Shown in pieces: positions 27,009 through 38,869 of a stretch of DNA of 64,000 bases. This DNA is from Balanoglossus misakiensis (taxonomy: Eukaryota > Animalia > Hemichordata). The notes under the pieces are model-generated. The model made no database searches and was not told the origin of the DNA. It saw nothing but the letters and a program-made list of their open reading frames with translations. The stretch's first letter is position 1, and each line of letters begins with the position of its first letter. The DNA lies in NCBI GenBank assembly GCA_040954595.2, contig CM082580.2:1850783-1914782 (forward strand), written 5' to 3'. Both the position numbers and the translations under genes were made by a program.

Positions 27009-28379
27009 TCAAGGATTTCCTGTAAAGTTTTGAATAATTGATAATGCATTCCTGTCTATGTCAATACCATGATTTTCTGATTGCCATGTTGGTGATATTG
27101 ATCGTGAAAGTAGAGCCAAGCATTCATCAGTTGGTTGCATGGAAGGGCCATCCAAGATTGGTCTGGAGTGATTTGTGGGTTCAAAGTCAACGTCTCCTTC
27201 GACTCCATACTCGTCAATATCACTGTCAGACAGGTCGATCCCAATGGGATTTTGTAACTGACCTGCAACCCATAAACGAAGTGGTGATGAACCCACTGTC
27301 CTCAATCTGTGACAAATCCAGGCATTTCGCCAGAGTTCTAATTTGTGATTGATCCTTTCCAGAAACACATAATGAAGGGCTGCAATGTGAACAGGATTTA
27401 ATGGATCCAGAATGGAATTGTCCTCCAAAAAGTAAAATACCTCATAGTACAGAGCAAGCACTCCTTCATAAGCATCACGCCATAACCTTTCAATTCTCTG
27501 GTTATGCACACTGCTACCTGTGATCATACTGCCACAGTTAACTCCTCGCTTTTCTATCATAAAATCCGCAATATAGACATTTTCCATGCCTTTGTCAGAT
27601 CAAACCCTGCTTGGAATGCCATAGGTTCTAACAGCTGATTTAAAGCATGCCAATAAGGTATCTGCTCTGTTGTTATCCCTGCATTGTAGCATTACAGGAA
27701 GTCGGCTGAATCCATCAATGCCACCAATGATAACTATTCCCCAACGTATGAGTTTGTGGTTTGTATCAATATGCCAGAGTTGATTTGGGCCTTTAACATT
27801 GTACACACGCCTCAGTAATCTACCACGTTTCCTTGCTTCAACTCCATTTCCATCAATGCGGTGTACACTATCCCTAAGTCTCTGGTGTTGTACTTTAATT
27901 CCAGTCTTTTCCATGAGCAAGTGCGTCAACATGTTATGCCCACAATAGGGGAACTCTTTTGTTAGTTCCTCCATATGAACATCAAGTTCTTCATCTAAAA
28001 TATCACTAAACATCATTTTGCTGAGCCCATACTGTCTCATTCTACGGTATATTGTACTTCCTGACACAATGAGCATTGAGGCTATTTCTGAGATCTTGAA
28101 TCCTTGGTCCAAATGGGTTTCCAAAATGTGTCTAGGTATGAGAAATTGAGGAGCACCAGAAGAACTTTGCACTTGTGGAGGAGTTCCACTGCCAAATGTT
28201 ACACATGCTGTACGCAAAGCCATTTGATCAGCAGGGTTTTTCAAATTAACAGATTCCAGTTCATACCTTGACAAGTTACACACAATGTCAGGTGTTATGT
28301 TCTCCATGTCAAATGTCCTGGATAGATGCCCAAGGTTTCGTTGAAGCAGTAAAGCTGACATATTTGTCACTGAATCCAT
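27009..28379 (-). pseudogene. IS3/IS481-like DDE transposase (integrase core) with N-terminal SAM and HTH domains, about 456 aa, one in-frame stop
   Basis: ORFs 27600-28403 and 27009-27587 share a frame and are separated by TGA at 27602-27600 (PSRV*SDKGMEN). Catalytic motifs are WHIDTNHKL...GGIDGFSR, SDKG and GSSVHNQRIERLWRD. The HTH reads GFKISEIASMLIVSGSTIYRRM. Confidence 0.93.
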
Positions 28380-28539
28380 TTTTGCAAAATCTGCAAACTC
28401 CAATTCAATATGGCAGACTGAATATGAAGCTACGCATCATGGGATATCCATAAAATATCAACCATTAGATACAAAATAATCAACATATAAGAACTAGCTG
28501 TCATCCCACATAATATATATTCTCAACACATAAGGAAAA

Positions 28540-29182
28540 AACCTCACCACATCATACCATTACGTCATCACATAAGGAGATAACCTCACCACATCGTTAC
28601 ATTACATCATCACATAAGGAAATAACCTCACCACATCATGACATTACATCATCACATAAGGAAAAAACCTCACCACATCATGACATTACGTCATCACATA
28701 AGGAAAAAAACCTCACCAAAACATGCCATTACGTCATCACATAAGGAAATAACCTCACCACATCATTACATTACGTCATCACATAAGGAAAAAACCTCAC
28801 CACATCATGACATTACGTCATCACATAAGGAAAAAACCTCACCACATCATGCCATTACGTCATCACATAAGGAAATAACCTCACCACATCATTACATTAC
28901 GTCATCACATAAGGAAAAAACCTCACCACATCATGCTATTACGTCATCACATAAGGAAATAACCTCACCACATCATTACATTACGTCATCACATAAGGAA
29001 AAAACCTCACCACATCATGACATTACGTCATCACATAAGGAAAAAACCTCACCACATCATGCCATTACGTCATCACATAAGGAAATAACCTCACCACATC
29101 ATTACATTACGTCATCACGTCAAGAAATAACCTCCCCACATCGTTGCATTTCCCCATCACGTCAAGTAATAACCTCACCACA
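28540..29182. repeat. Right subterminal 42-bp tandem array (about 15 units), inverted relative to the left array
   Basis: Unit ACCTCACCACATCATGACATTACGTCATCACATAAGGAAAAA. ORF 28638-29285 shows the 14-aa period. Confidence 0.93.
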
Positions 29183-30506
29183 TAAAGTTGTCACACATCA
29201 TAAGACAGTCATGGCTTTCCATAATTTTACTCAATCGCTTAAGAGACTGCTTTGGTCTTTCAGATACTGTTCTCATGTGGTTTAAATCATACCTTTCCAA
29301 TCGTAGTCAGTGTGTACTTGTAAATTCCACCCAATCACCTTTCTATCCACTCGACACTGGGGTACCACAGGGATCAGTTCTTGGTCCCATACTTTTCAAT
29401 ATGTACACGTCTCCATTAGGTGAATTAGTTCCTTTTTCAATGTCGAATTTTATGTTTTGACTGAACTTGCGTGTCACCTGACAGGTCTTCGCATTCATCA
29501 GAAGCTATCGTGCGTCGCTGAGATTTGATTCTTCATAAAAGAAAATTATTTCATAACCATACCAAATAAAACATTTCCAGAAATTTAGAAGTTTGCAGAC
29601 TTTTCTGCTAGTTGTCTATTTAGTGTTGAAGTCACGCTGAACTGCCAAATTTAACACAGACTCGCCGTCAACACTCAAACAGTGTACTTCTTCTACGAGT
29701 GTGTCCTGTAACTGCCTTCCTTCAATAACCATACAACAACAAATAGACGGTAAACGTTTATGCAATACCAATGGATTTATGTTTTTAAACTGGTCGACAG
29801 TCGGGAAGTATGCATGAACAATCGATTGATTGGATTCCCCAGCGATACTATTGTATCTTGTGATTTTTTGTAGTAAAACTGTGGAAATCGGCAGGCTGCA
29901 TTGCCAGTTGTTCTGCACATGCGCAGTTCCTCTGTCTTGAAAGAAAAGTCAAATTTCACCAACTTATAAATGTGCATTCGGAAAATAAACCCCAAATGTT
30001 TTCTTTGTGACCAAAAATACTGCCAGTGTGATTTTGTGCTCAAATCCAAGCTATTATTATTTAAATTGACTTGTGATACCCTCTCTTAGCACAAAAAGCA
30101 TAATTTCAGCCCCAAAATGGTTGCCATAGAAACATGTGATCACTAAACGGATATCAATTTTTTGTGGAAATCGGACCAATTATTATTAAAATTATTATTT
30201 TTATATAATTCTTTATTTAATTAAAATCTGACTTTGAGGCACATATTACCTTAATTTTGATCAAAATTTAATTAGCCAACCAAGGAACATGCATACTGGT
30301 ACCTTCCTTCTAGTATTTAAGAGGGAACCAGTTTTGGCCAAATCATTGGGAATTATAGCAACATTCTGCTGGTCAATGCATGTACAATGGTGACAACACC
30401 AGTCTTCAGGTACTACTATTCCCTGAAAGCCTCATGAAATGCCAAATTTCACATTTTTTTCCAAAAATCAAATCTTCTACCTTTTATATAAAATCTTCAT
30501 CATTAA

Positions 30507-30796
30507 AGGGACAAAGTCTCTCTCTCGCAGCACTTTTTCCATTAATTATGTTTGATACATGATGCCGTTGATGTTATTCTACATGTGGATATATGGTGAA
30601 TCAACATTCGACCACACACAACTTCCATCTCGTTAGTTGGATAGGAGAGTAAAAACTCTCCTGTGTATAAGAGGGATGGAAGTTGTGTGTGGTTGAATGT
30701 TCGTTCACTATATATCCACATGTAGAATAACAAACATTGTCTCTTATGTAATATAATTAATGGAAAAAAGGGCAGCAAGAGAGAGACTTTGTCCCT
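30507..30796. mobile_element. Palindromic Kolobok-like MITE
   Basis: TTAA at 30503-30506 and 30797-30800 flanks AGGGACAAAGTCTCTCTCT...AGAGAGAGACTTTGTCCCT, and the interior also folds back. Confidence 0.88.
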
Positions 30797-31912
30797 TTAA
30801 TCTAGATTACTTGTATTTGCATTTGATTCTGTTTATTAACTCTTGGCGATGCATACCACAATAGTTGTGAACTCTTTTTATAGAGGCTGATTTAACAGGT
30901 GTGGCGCCTATTTAATATATCACTTGTTCAAATTGCAACATACAGCCACAATCGGGCGTCGGTAACATATTCATGTATGCCTATCAGTAAGCTTATTTAG
31001 ATGGACCAATCTATGTTGGAAGTCAAATCATGAAAATAATGCAACAAGTGGCAGCTCCTAGTCTTAGGGCTTCAATGACATTATATTTGGGGCTTGTATA
31101 GATCCAGAAGTTGCATAATGTGCTCACTGTACACGTGGGATCCTGTGTTAAAGAAGCACACAAATTCTCCAACATTTTGGCAATATAGCCCAGTTGATCA
31201 GGAAAGGGCAACAAAAGTTTAGTCAAACAAGATACTAGTACCGGTATTGACAAACAGTGGCCATCTATGGTAGATATCCATATGTTATCAATTTCACTGC
31301 TCTATTAGCAAAAGGCAAACCATTAAAATTTAAAACTGCATGTGGAGATTTTAGATAAATTAACTCTGTAACTGGGCCTGATCATGCGCCTTGAAATGGC
31401 AGGGGTCTGACATTCTGTGTTGATTTCAGAGCATACAACATGTTCCAGTACATACACAATGAATTGTATGTTTTCTCAAAATTTTATGTATAAGGCTACG
31501 GAATATAATAACCATGCAATGCATATTGGCTGGCTGTCTCCTGCCTTTTAATGTTTCACTATTCAGAGGTGTACAGAGGCTTGATTGATTGATTGTTTGA
31601 AGTCACAGTGCAGTTGTTGTTTTGTAGTATCCGCTTAGTTGTTGTTCTTAGGGAGCATTCGTTTTTTACAGGGAGGGGGGGGGGTGCGGTGGAATTTGAG
31701 TCGCCGACTAAATGTAAAAGGCAACCCCCCCTCGAAATTACTTTTCTAAAATGTGTCCCCCCCCCTAAATTCTTCAATTGTAAAATGTGACCCCCCCAAA
31801 AAAAAAAAGTTTATCCACCGGATTAAACTTATCAAACTTTGTCAGATATTGGTGTATGTTCGACATACCACATAATCAACCATGAAACCTAGTCTACATA
31901 GTTCCTTGATTT

Positions 31913-32238
31913 CTAAGTAGTGCATTGTCTGCCTGATCTTGTTACGTGAAAGAGTTCATTTTCAATGTCGCTGCTATCACTTTCTGAGTCACTTTCCTCT
32001 GAATCACCTAGTTCACCTATCACTACATGTTCATCTTCTTGTTCACTGTCCTCATCCAAGTCATCCTCTTCATCCTCCTGCTCATCCTCCTCTTTGTCCC
32101 TCTCATGGTTTACTCTGAGACTTTCCAGAGTTGTTTGACACAGTTTCCGGCCTATGTGCGCTTCAACTATTTTCAGTTTGTCTTTTTTCAGCATCTTTTT
32201 CTCTGTTGTCAATTTATGTCTGTTCATGTACATGTCTA
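31913..32238 (-). pseudogene. Captured C-terminal coding fragment (basic helical region, acidic tail, TRSGR motif)
   Basis: LDMYMNRHKLTTEKKMLKKDKLKIVEAHIGR...EEDEQEDEEDDLDEDSEQ...HVTRSGRQCTT*. The composition is protein-like and the 5' end is cut by a MITE terminus. The origin is unknown. Confidence 0.5.
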
Positions 32239-33000
32239 GGGCTGCATTCACAAACACCTCAGGAGGGGGGGGGGGGCGGGAGAATTCAATTTTTTTTTAC
32301 CGCTAATTTTCACATGCCCCCGTACACAACCCAAAATATTTTCAAATCCCCCTTTCCGAACTGCCAAAATTTTGAAATCCCCCCCCCCCATTTTCTTTCA
32401 CAGAGCAAAACACATCACCTCTATATCTTGTAAAAAAGAAAAACAGCGCTCCCATGAAAAGAATTTGAAACCGATGTTTCCCCTCATCAGTGGGTAGTAA
32501 AACTGAACGTTGTTTTTATTTTTTAAGTATTTGTATTCTGTGTTGGGAGACATTGTAAACCGAGAATTGAAGGGGGTGGGTTTGGGAGGGGGTGTCCCCC
32601 TCCCACGTAAGAAAATGTTATAAAATACAGAGCTCAAAGCTGCATGTTAATGAACCCAGCAAAAGCAAATTAACATCGCCGCTCAAAGTTATCATGGGGT
32701 GGGGGCAAGTCCCCTGACCTGGGACACTAGATAAACCAGTCAATGAGTGAAATGTGTTGATGAATGGAGGGGGTGGGTGTGGGAGGGGGTGTCCCCCTCC
32801 CAGATTAGAAAATTTATAAAATAAAGGGCGCGAAACTGCATTTTTGTGGACTCAAAATAAATATTTAGCCGTCAAAGTTTTCAAGTCCCCCCCTTTCAGT
32901 CCCTAAATTATTTGTAATCCCCCCCTTACATACCCTCAATTTTTTCAAATCCCCCCTCAATTCTCCTGCCTCCCTCCAGAGGTGTTTGTGAATGCAGCCC
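32239..33000. mobile_element. Nested Harbinger-like MITE
   Basis: TIRs GGGCTGCATTCACAAACACCTC ... GAGGTGTTTGTGAATGCAGCCC. The TSD does not match. Confidence 0.75.
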
Positions 33001-33043
33001 AGGTCAGAAACTTTTAAAAGTGATATATGTCATATTATATTTA

Positions 33044-33184
33044 GAGAATAATGAACGCCCACAAGACCCATAATGGACGAAAGCACACATTGTGCGTCAT
33101 AATATACGAGGCAAAGCCGAGTATATTATGGAGCACAATGTGTGCTTGAGTCCATTATGGGTCTTTGGGGCGTTCATTATTCTC
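33044..33184 (+). repeat. 140-bp imperfect palindrome with tandem GA/GA mismatches
   Basis: GAGAATAATGAACGCCC...TATAC-GA-GGC AAA GCC-GA-GTATA...GGGCGTTCATTATTCTC. Confidence 0.85.
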
Positions 33185-33327
33185 ATTATTTTATAGTTTT
33201 GTCAATGCCAGTGAATTTGCAGACTTCAAAAAGTATAGGTGCGAACAATTCAGACTCGGACACGGAGATCGAGAACAGAGCAATGGCGTACGCGAAAACA
33301 AAAGGTCACCTGATCGCGGTGTATCAG

Positions 33328-34050
33328 TGTACTGTACATTTCTAGTATCATATTCAAACATCAGGAAATAAATAATGAAGGTTTATTAACGCATGTGAAA
33401 ATTCATTTAAGGCTTCTGCTGAAATATATCTGAAAAAGTTTCGATTTTTGTGTAATCTTGGTGAGGACTCGGGGAATATCTGAATTTGTTTGCGTTCTCA
33501 GGAAAGTTCACGTATACGGGCGCTCGGAAGGTTGCAATACATAAACAAACTCGCCCTCGATCGACCCTTCGTACCGCGTAGACAACATGACAGTGACACT
33601 TGCGGCATAATTTTTTTTACGTATAGCTTCGTTGACATGACTGCTTGGTACATGGTACACGGTATGTATGGTGAACGAATGTCAAATCCAGCATCATCGA
33701 GAGGTTTGCTTTACGTGCGTGAGCGAGCCATGTTGACTGCGCGTGATTCAACAGCAGACGACATGTACTTACTGCAGCCGTAGGAAGACAAAATATTAAA
33801 ACAAAACGCCAGTAGAGGACAGATTTGGAAATTAATAAATATCACCGTATTTATTCTGTGTACGTTTGCATTTCTTTTTTTAGCCCTCTAAATGTTCGCA
33901 TTGTCTGAAAACTTCCGTTATTCAGTCGGAAATTGTACACGTCCACTGGTTCTTGGGTGCGTCGCGCGTCCATCGAATAACACGATACATTATCAGTAAT
34001 AATGTATAGCTATGACGTCACAAAATTCACTGGTATTGATAAAGCTATCA
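33328..34050. repeat. Dispersed repeat of about 0.72 kb with a second direct copy at about 47403-48120
   Basis: GTACTGTACATTTCTAGTATCATATTCAAACATCAGGAAATAAATAATGAAGG... is colinear in both places through ...TATGACGTCACAAAATTCACT. Confidence 0.9.
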
Positions 34051-34217
34051 TATAATATACCAGTATATTGATGGTGTAAATCACGCAATTTTATTGGTCG
34101 ATACACGACACGTGACTGTGATATATTAGTCATATATCACAGTCATATATCATAGTCAAAGAAAATGCCTTTTTAAAATGTTTTATGCAAAGTTTCAATA
34201 TACTGGCATAATATAAT

Positions 34218-34360
34218 AGCAATAAAACACCCCCAGCCATGGTATACCACTCGATTTTGACCAGTTCAACTCCATATACGCACTCGCTATCGCTCGTGCG
34301 TATATGTCGTGAACTGGTCAAAATCTCGTGGTATACCATGGGTGGGGGTGTTTTATTGCT
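34218..34360 (-). repeat. 143-bp imperfect palindrome with TC/TC mismatches (GA/GA on the - strand)
   Basis: AGCAATAAAACACCCCCA...GCAC-TC-GC TATC GC-TC-GTGC...TGGGGGTGTTTTATTGCT. Confidence 0.88.
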
Positions 34361-37300
34361 TAAATATTGCCATGATACAGCCTGAAAATGTTATATTTGT
34401 GATCAAAAGTGTACTTGTTGTCACCTGATCACACAGAATAAAGACATGTTCGTATTCTAATTTATACACTTTACGGTCAATACTGTTGTTTTTTGCTATA
34501 ATTCCATACAAATCTGTTGTAAAAATTGTCCCCCCCCCCAAACCATTGATTATAAAATTTGTCCCCCCCTAAAAACTGCTTTGTAAAAGTAAACCCCCCC
34601 CCCTGATTTCCACCGCCTCCCCCCCCCCCTCCCTGTAAAAAAACGAATGCTCCCTTATGTCATGAAATGCTAGTCATGATTCAGAGAACTGTTGGCACCG
34701 ACAGATGAGGTTAGCAACAATCCTTTTATTTACAAAACAAGATACATGAAATTTATTCTTGTAGTTAAGGACCAAACCAAAACATTGTCAAAACTGTCAT
34801 CCTCAGACAGCGGGAGGATATTCCATAGCCCCATCCCAAACTTGCCAAGAGCCCTCTCATTCAAGAAACCCCGCCCACATTTCTTTGTTATGGACTCAGT
34901 CTTTGACAGTGTAATAAATCTTTTAAAACTTTGAGGCTGACTTCTGCTCATTTGAAGTCTATACAATACATTCCCAGATCTCAATATCTTCCTTCAAATT
35001 CAAGATTCACCTAATGTTAACCTTTTTTATGCTCTTATTCATGTAGATATTGAAATGCAACAGAGGTTATTGGCAGGTACAGAATTTATTGGCTTTTAAT
35101 TAAGAAATTGAAATGTTTGGTCTGTAAATTTGGGAAGCAAACATCTATTAATTGTATATAATGATCATAAATGTCTATACCTGTAGATAAAGTGAGTACA
35201 TGTGTGGTTGTAATCATACTGCAGGTGTGCATCTATTAACGAATTTGTGTATGGCTGTTCTATCATGCAATGGTGATGTTATTTTGAATGAGTTGTACAT
35301 GCACGTACAGGACCTAGCTTTTTAAAACCTTGGGCTGAAAACTTTGCAAGCAAGTAGTTTCTGGATATGATTGCTATAATTAAAACTGACCAGAATGGTT
35401 GTGTCATGAATATGGAAGGATTCATATAAACACTGAAGTGGGGGGGGGGGGGTTGGCATCCTTTCTACTCATAGTTATATTCATTTTGTTGACGTCCTCT
35501 TTCATGCTGCATCTCCTGACATTGTTACAATGATCGGGTACCTCAACAGTGAACTATGAATGAGCACTGAAACTCACACAAGTTGGATCCAACGTCAACA
35601 TTTTCATGTATTTTGTACACGGTATTAGTGCAGTTTGGCCTTATGGTTGATGAAATTTATTTTCACGATTATAAAATTCAAGGATTTGGCATTTGGCAGG
35701 TGGTTGTATGTGATTTTTCATTGCCAGGTGGTTGCTATAGCATGGCAACAAAATGCAATGCATTGATGATCTACCCAAAGCAAAGAATTAAATTTAAACA
35801 TTTGTTCAGGTGTATGGAGGAATCTTTTCCCCACCTCTCTCCTTTAGATTGTGCAATTTATGCTCAAGAAATGCCCCCCCCCTCCCATACTCTGTTAGTC
35901 CATGCCAGTGAACAGTGTGATATGGCATGGAATGTCCAAATTTCACTTAAACTCTTTTCTTGAAATCAAATATACATGCACCTCATACATAATTGGTGAT
36001 CCATTCATGCATAACAGGTCTATTGCCTATCTCATGGTCACTCCACCAGAAATCCATGACAATGATACATGGACATTTTCTCTATAGTCAGATCCACTGT
36101 CAGGGCATTACTGATTAAACTGCCAATTTAATTAAGCACAATTTTATATGGGGGTTACACAGGGACCATTAATACGTTTCTAAAATGTCTCAGATCAAAT
36201 ACTTGCATAAATAATTATTTGTTATCAGTTCAAGTGGTGCTGAAACGTCTCAGATTCGAGACGGCTTTGACGACCTGCGCCGGTGTAAGGATTAATACCT
36301 CTAAACAACCCATTGTCTATGGGGCCAAGTCATAGTGCCTATACATAAATGTTGTATGTGGACAAGAGGCGAATCAAAGGATTAATCCTCTGTATTTACC
36401 ATAGGCAAGTAATGTCTCTCAAACACTGAGAATTTTGCCCTGTGTGAATCTGGTATTAATTTAAAAATATTTTCATGATTTTACTTTTGAGTGGTCCAAT
36501 TAAGTTAAAGTTTACTGGTCGGTGTACACAAACAAATCAGTAAACTCGATTGTGGCTAAGTATGTAAATACCGGTATGTACAATAAAGAATAAAAAGGTG
36601 CCACACTCATTTCTTCAACTGTCTATTGCAAGAGTAGATAACTACTGTAGTATGCGCATATTGCTATTAATACCTCCAGAAAGTCAAACACTGGTATGTT
36701 AGAAAATCTGGATAGTGTGAATTTTAACACACTGCCAGGTAAAAAAACGAACACACATTGGAGGCAGTTTCTGGACATCCAAGTTTTTTAACAAAATTCA
36801 CTCACAAAAAAAAACCTTCATATTTATTTACTTTCCAGCTGACAGAATTAAAAGCCTTTCCAAGATTATTGGAGAGATTGAAAGCATGACAAATTTTTAT
36901 TGAGTTGCAGCTCATGGGGCCTTAATGTGATATTAAGTTCTGTTTTTTTTTCTGTGAGTGGCCAAGCTTTCATGCAACTCCTGTTACTGTCCCATTTATT
37001 GTGTTGGAGATTTCTCAAATTGGCTTGTGTGCCAATTTTTTTACTATAGGAGTTGAGTAGTGGAGTACGTTTTGAATCTTGTAAATACAAACCGACTTTC
37101 TATTTTCAGATGTAACACTGCTAGTGGACAGTGTTGTACCCAAAGTTTTCTGAAGCTCAGATGAGCAATGGAATCATTGCACTGAATGAGCTTTCATGTA
37201 CCAGAATACTGTTTATTTTTAGCTACTGTTTATGTGTGCGCAGGTTTGAAACATTACAAGGAAACACTGCACTGTACCAGAATACACTCACTTAAAACTA

Positions 37301-38272
37301 TTGAAGGTAGGGATTTTGTTATGTGGCATAAATTAAAACAGGCTTGCTTGCAAAATGAATTTGTGCAGTTAGACTGCTTACAATCTAACCCCACGGTGTG
37401 CTTTGATTGGACGTTAACATATACAAGTATATAGAGGCCAAGCAGATCAGATGATGTACATGTCTCTTTGCACACATTCTGAATTTATCCAGCAATCTAC
37501 TGGCACCTAGACCCATGTCTAACCAAGGGAGTGTTCAGCTAATGCATGGGGGGGGGGGGGGATGGACCAATTGTGGGGGAGGCATTTTTTCAAAATAATA
37601 GAAGGTGAAGGTCACATTTCATAAAGCTATATTCTTGTCGATTGAGTGTTCCATTATACAGCTGGTATTCCATTACATAGTATGTACTTGTAAATGATTA
37701 TGTTTGCCAATGATACCCAGTTGTGGTCAGGGATAATGGTATTTGTGCAGTTAGATGCACACAGTATCTGATTTCTTATATGACCTCCCCATTTGTGTAG
37801 TATTCCATCTGATAATTAGATTAGAATCAGTGACAAGAACATTGTTCGGAAAGTAAAATTAGTTTCAGTCTGGTTGGCATAAATGTTTTGAAGCTGTTAA
37901 AACTTTTAGATACCAGGTACATATGTAGATACCACAGACAACTGCATGAGGTTGGAAGGGGTAATTTCCAGTCATCTTTCTCAGATTTAAACAGAAGAAA
38001 TTAAACAGTCTCTACATATCCAATGATTATCATTTTCAAAGGAAGAAAACACAGTAAGGGAAAACAATAGTTTTGATTATGGCCGAGTCAGTACTTCTGC
38101 TGTGAACCCAACCGAAAACATTACCGGTTATTGTGTGCTATAAAATGAGACTATCCCCCATCAGGGCTCCAGACACAACTATGGTGGGAGGAAGGGGAGA
38201 GGAGCAGGAGGGGGTAAGGTCAAATGCCATGCCATTTCGATCACTGCATGAGCGGAAAATTTAACACTTTGA

Positions 38273-38495
38273 GGGAGCATTCGTTTTTTACAGGGAGGGG
38301 GGGGGGGCCGGTGGAATTTGAGTCGCCGACTAAATGTAAAAGGCAACCCCCCCTGGAAATTACTTTTCTAAAATGTGACCCCCCCCCCCCCAAAAAAAAA
38401 GTTTATCCACCGGATTAAACTTATCATGGACACAGCGCTCCCATGAAAAGAATTTGAAACCGATATTTCCCCTCATCAGTGGGTATTAAAACACG
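38273..38495. mobile_element. Truncated left end of the same Harbinger-type family as 31651
   Basis: GGGAGCATTCGTTTTTTACAGGGAGG...GGAATTTGAGTCGCCGACTAAATGTAAAAGGCAACC matches 31651-31835. Confidence 0.85.
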
Positions 38496-38748
38496 TTACA
38501 CATAAAACCGAGTAAAAAGGTAAGTTTTCAAATTACGCTTAAAAATATTGACACTTCTGGCGGTTTTGATATCAAGGGGTAAATTGTTCCATAAAATGGG
38601 TGCACAAACTGAAAAAGCTCTCTGTCCGTAGGTTTTGTTAAATTTAGCATGAGGATGAGTTAAAAAGAATTGAACACTCGAGCGCAGTTCTCGAGCTGGT
38701 ACATATAAATGTAAAAGATCAGTCAAATAGGCAGGTGCCTTACCACTG
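38496..38748 (-). pseudogene. 3' end of an L2/CR1-group LINE ORF2
   Basis: GKAPAYLTDLLHLYVPARELRSS...TYGQRAFSVCAPILWNNLPLDIK...FKRNLKTYLF is the typical C-terminus of L2/CR1-like ORF2. Confidence 0.85.
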
Positions 38749-38869
38749 ATACGTCGTGCGCCCAATGAGGAAAGCTTTTCAGTATTTGAAAAAAGATGTG
38801 TGGTCAAATCAGTGTACAACGAGTTTTATCTTCTTCAGATTCATAATCATTGGCTTCTGATATTAACAT

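Larger units (their letters stand above)
20360..29223. mobile_element. 8.9-kb two-gene DDE DNA transposon (IS3EU-like) carrying a HECT E3 ligase gene
   Basis: 83-bp perfect TIRs at 20360-20442 and 29141-29223 begin TATGGAAAGCCATGACTGTC. The 6-bp TSD ATTTTA lies at 20354-20359 and 29224-29229. The element holds an integrase-type transposase plus a convergent second gene. TAY..RTA ends with a 6-bp TSD match my recollection of the IS3EU definition. Confidence 0.93.
20255..29428 (+). pseudogene. L2/CR1-group LINE reverse-transcriptase fragment split by the DNA transposon (pieces about 20255-20359 and 29230-29428)
   Basis: Removing the element and one TSD copy gives the in-frame peptide DILLALDEKREVFLALLDLSAAFDTVNHTIL|LNRLRDCFGLSDTVLMWFKSYLSNRSQCV...TGVPQGSVLGPILFNMYT. 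This contains the canonical non-LTR RT motifs LDLSAAFDTV and GVPQGSVLGP. Confidence 0.93.
31651..34654. mobile_element. 3-kb composite non-autonomous PIF/Harbinger-type element
   Basis: TIRs GGGAGCATTCGTTTTTTACAGGGAGGGG ... CCCCTCCCTGTAAAAAAACGAATGCTCCC. TSD TTA at 31648-31650 and 34655-34657. Confidence 0.85.

Noticed and set aside
27009-28403. Integrase as part of an LTR retrotransposon, Polinton or bacterial IS contamination
   Set aside because: There are no LTRs, gag, RT/RNase H, PolB or capsid genes. It lies inside TIRs beside a gene with spliceosomal introns.
20398-29285. 42-bp arrays as CRISPR arrays, or ORFs 20402, 20461, 20550 and 28638 as His/Ser-rich proteins
   Set aside because: The units are contiguous with no unique spacers, there are no cas genes and the context is eukaryotic. 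The ORFs are translations of the subterminal repeats.
29430-30050. Minus-strand ORFs 29616-29918 and 29777-30049 as a transposase remnant
   Set aside because: I could not recognise any catalytic or family motif.
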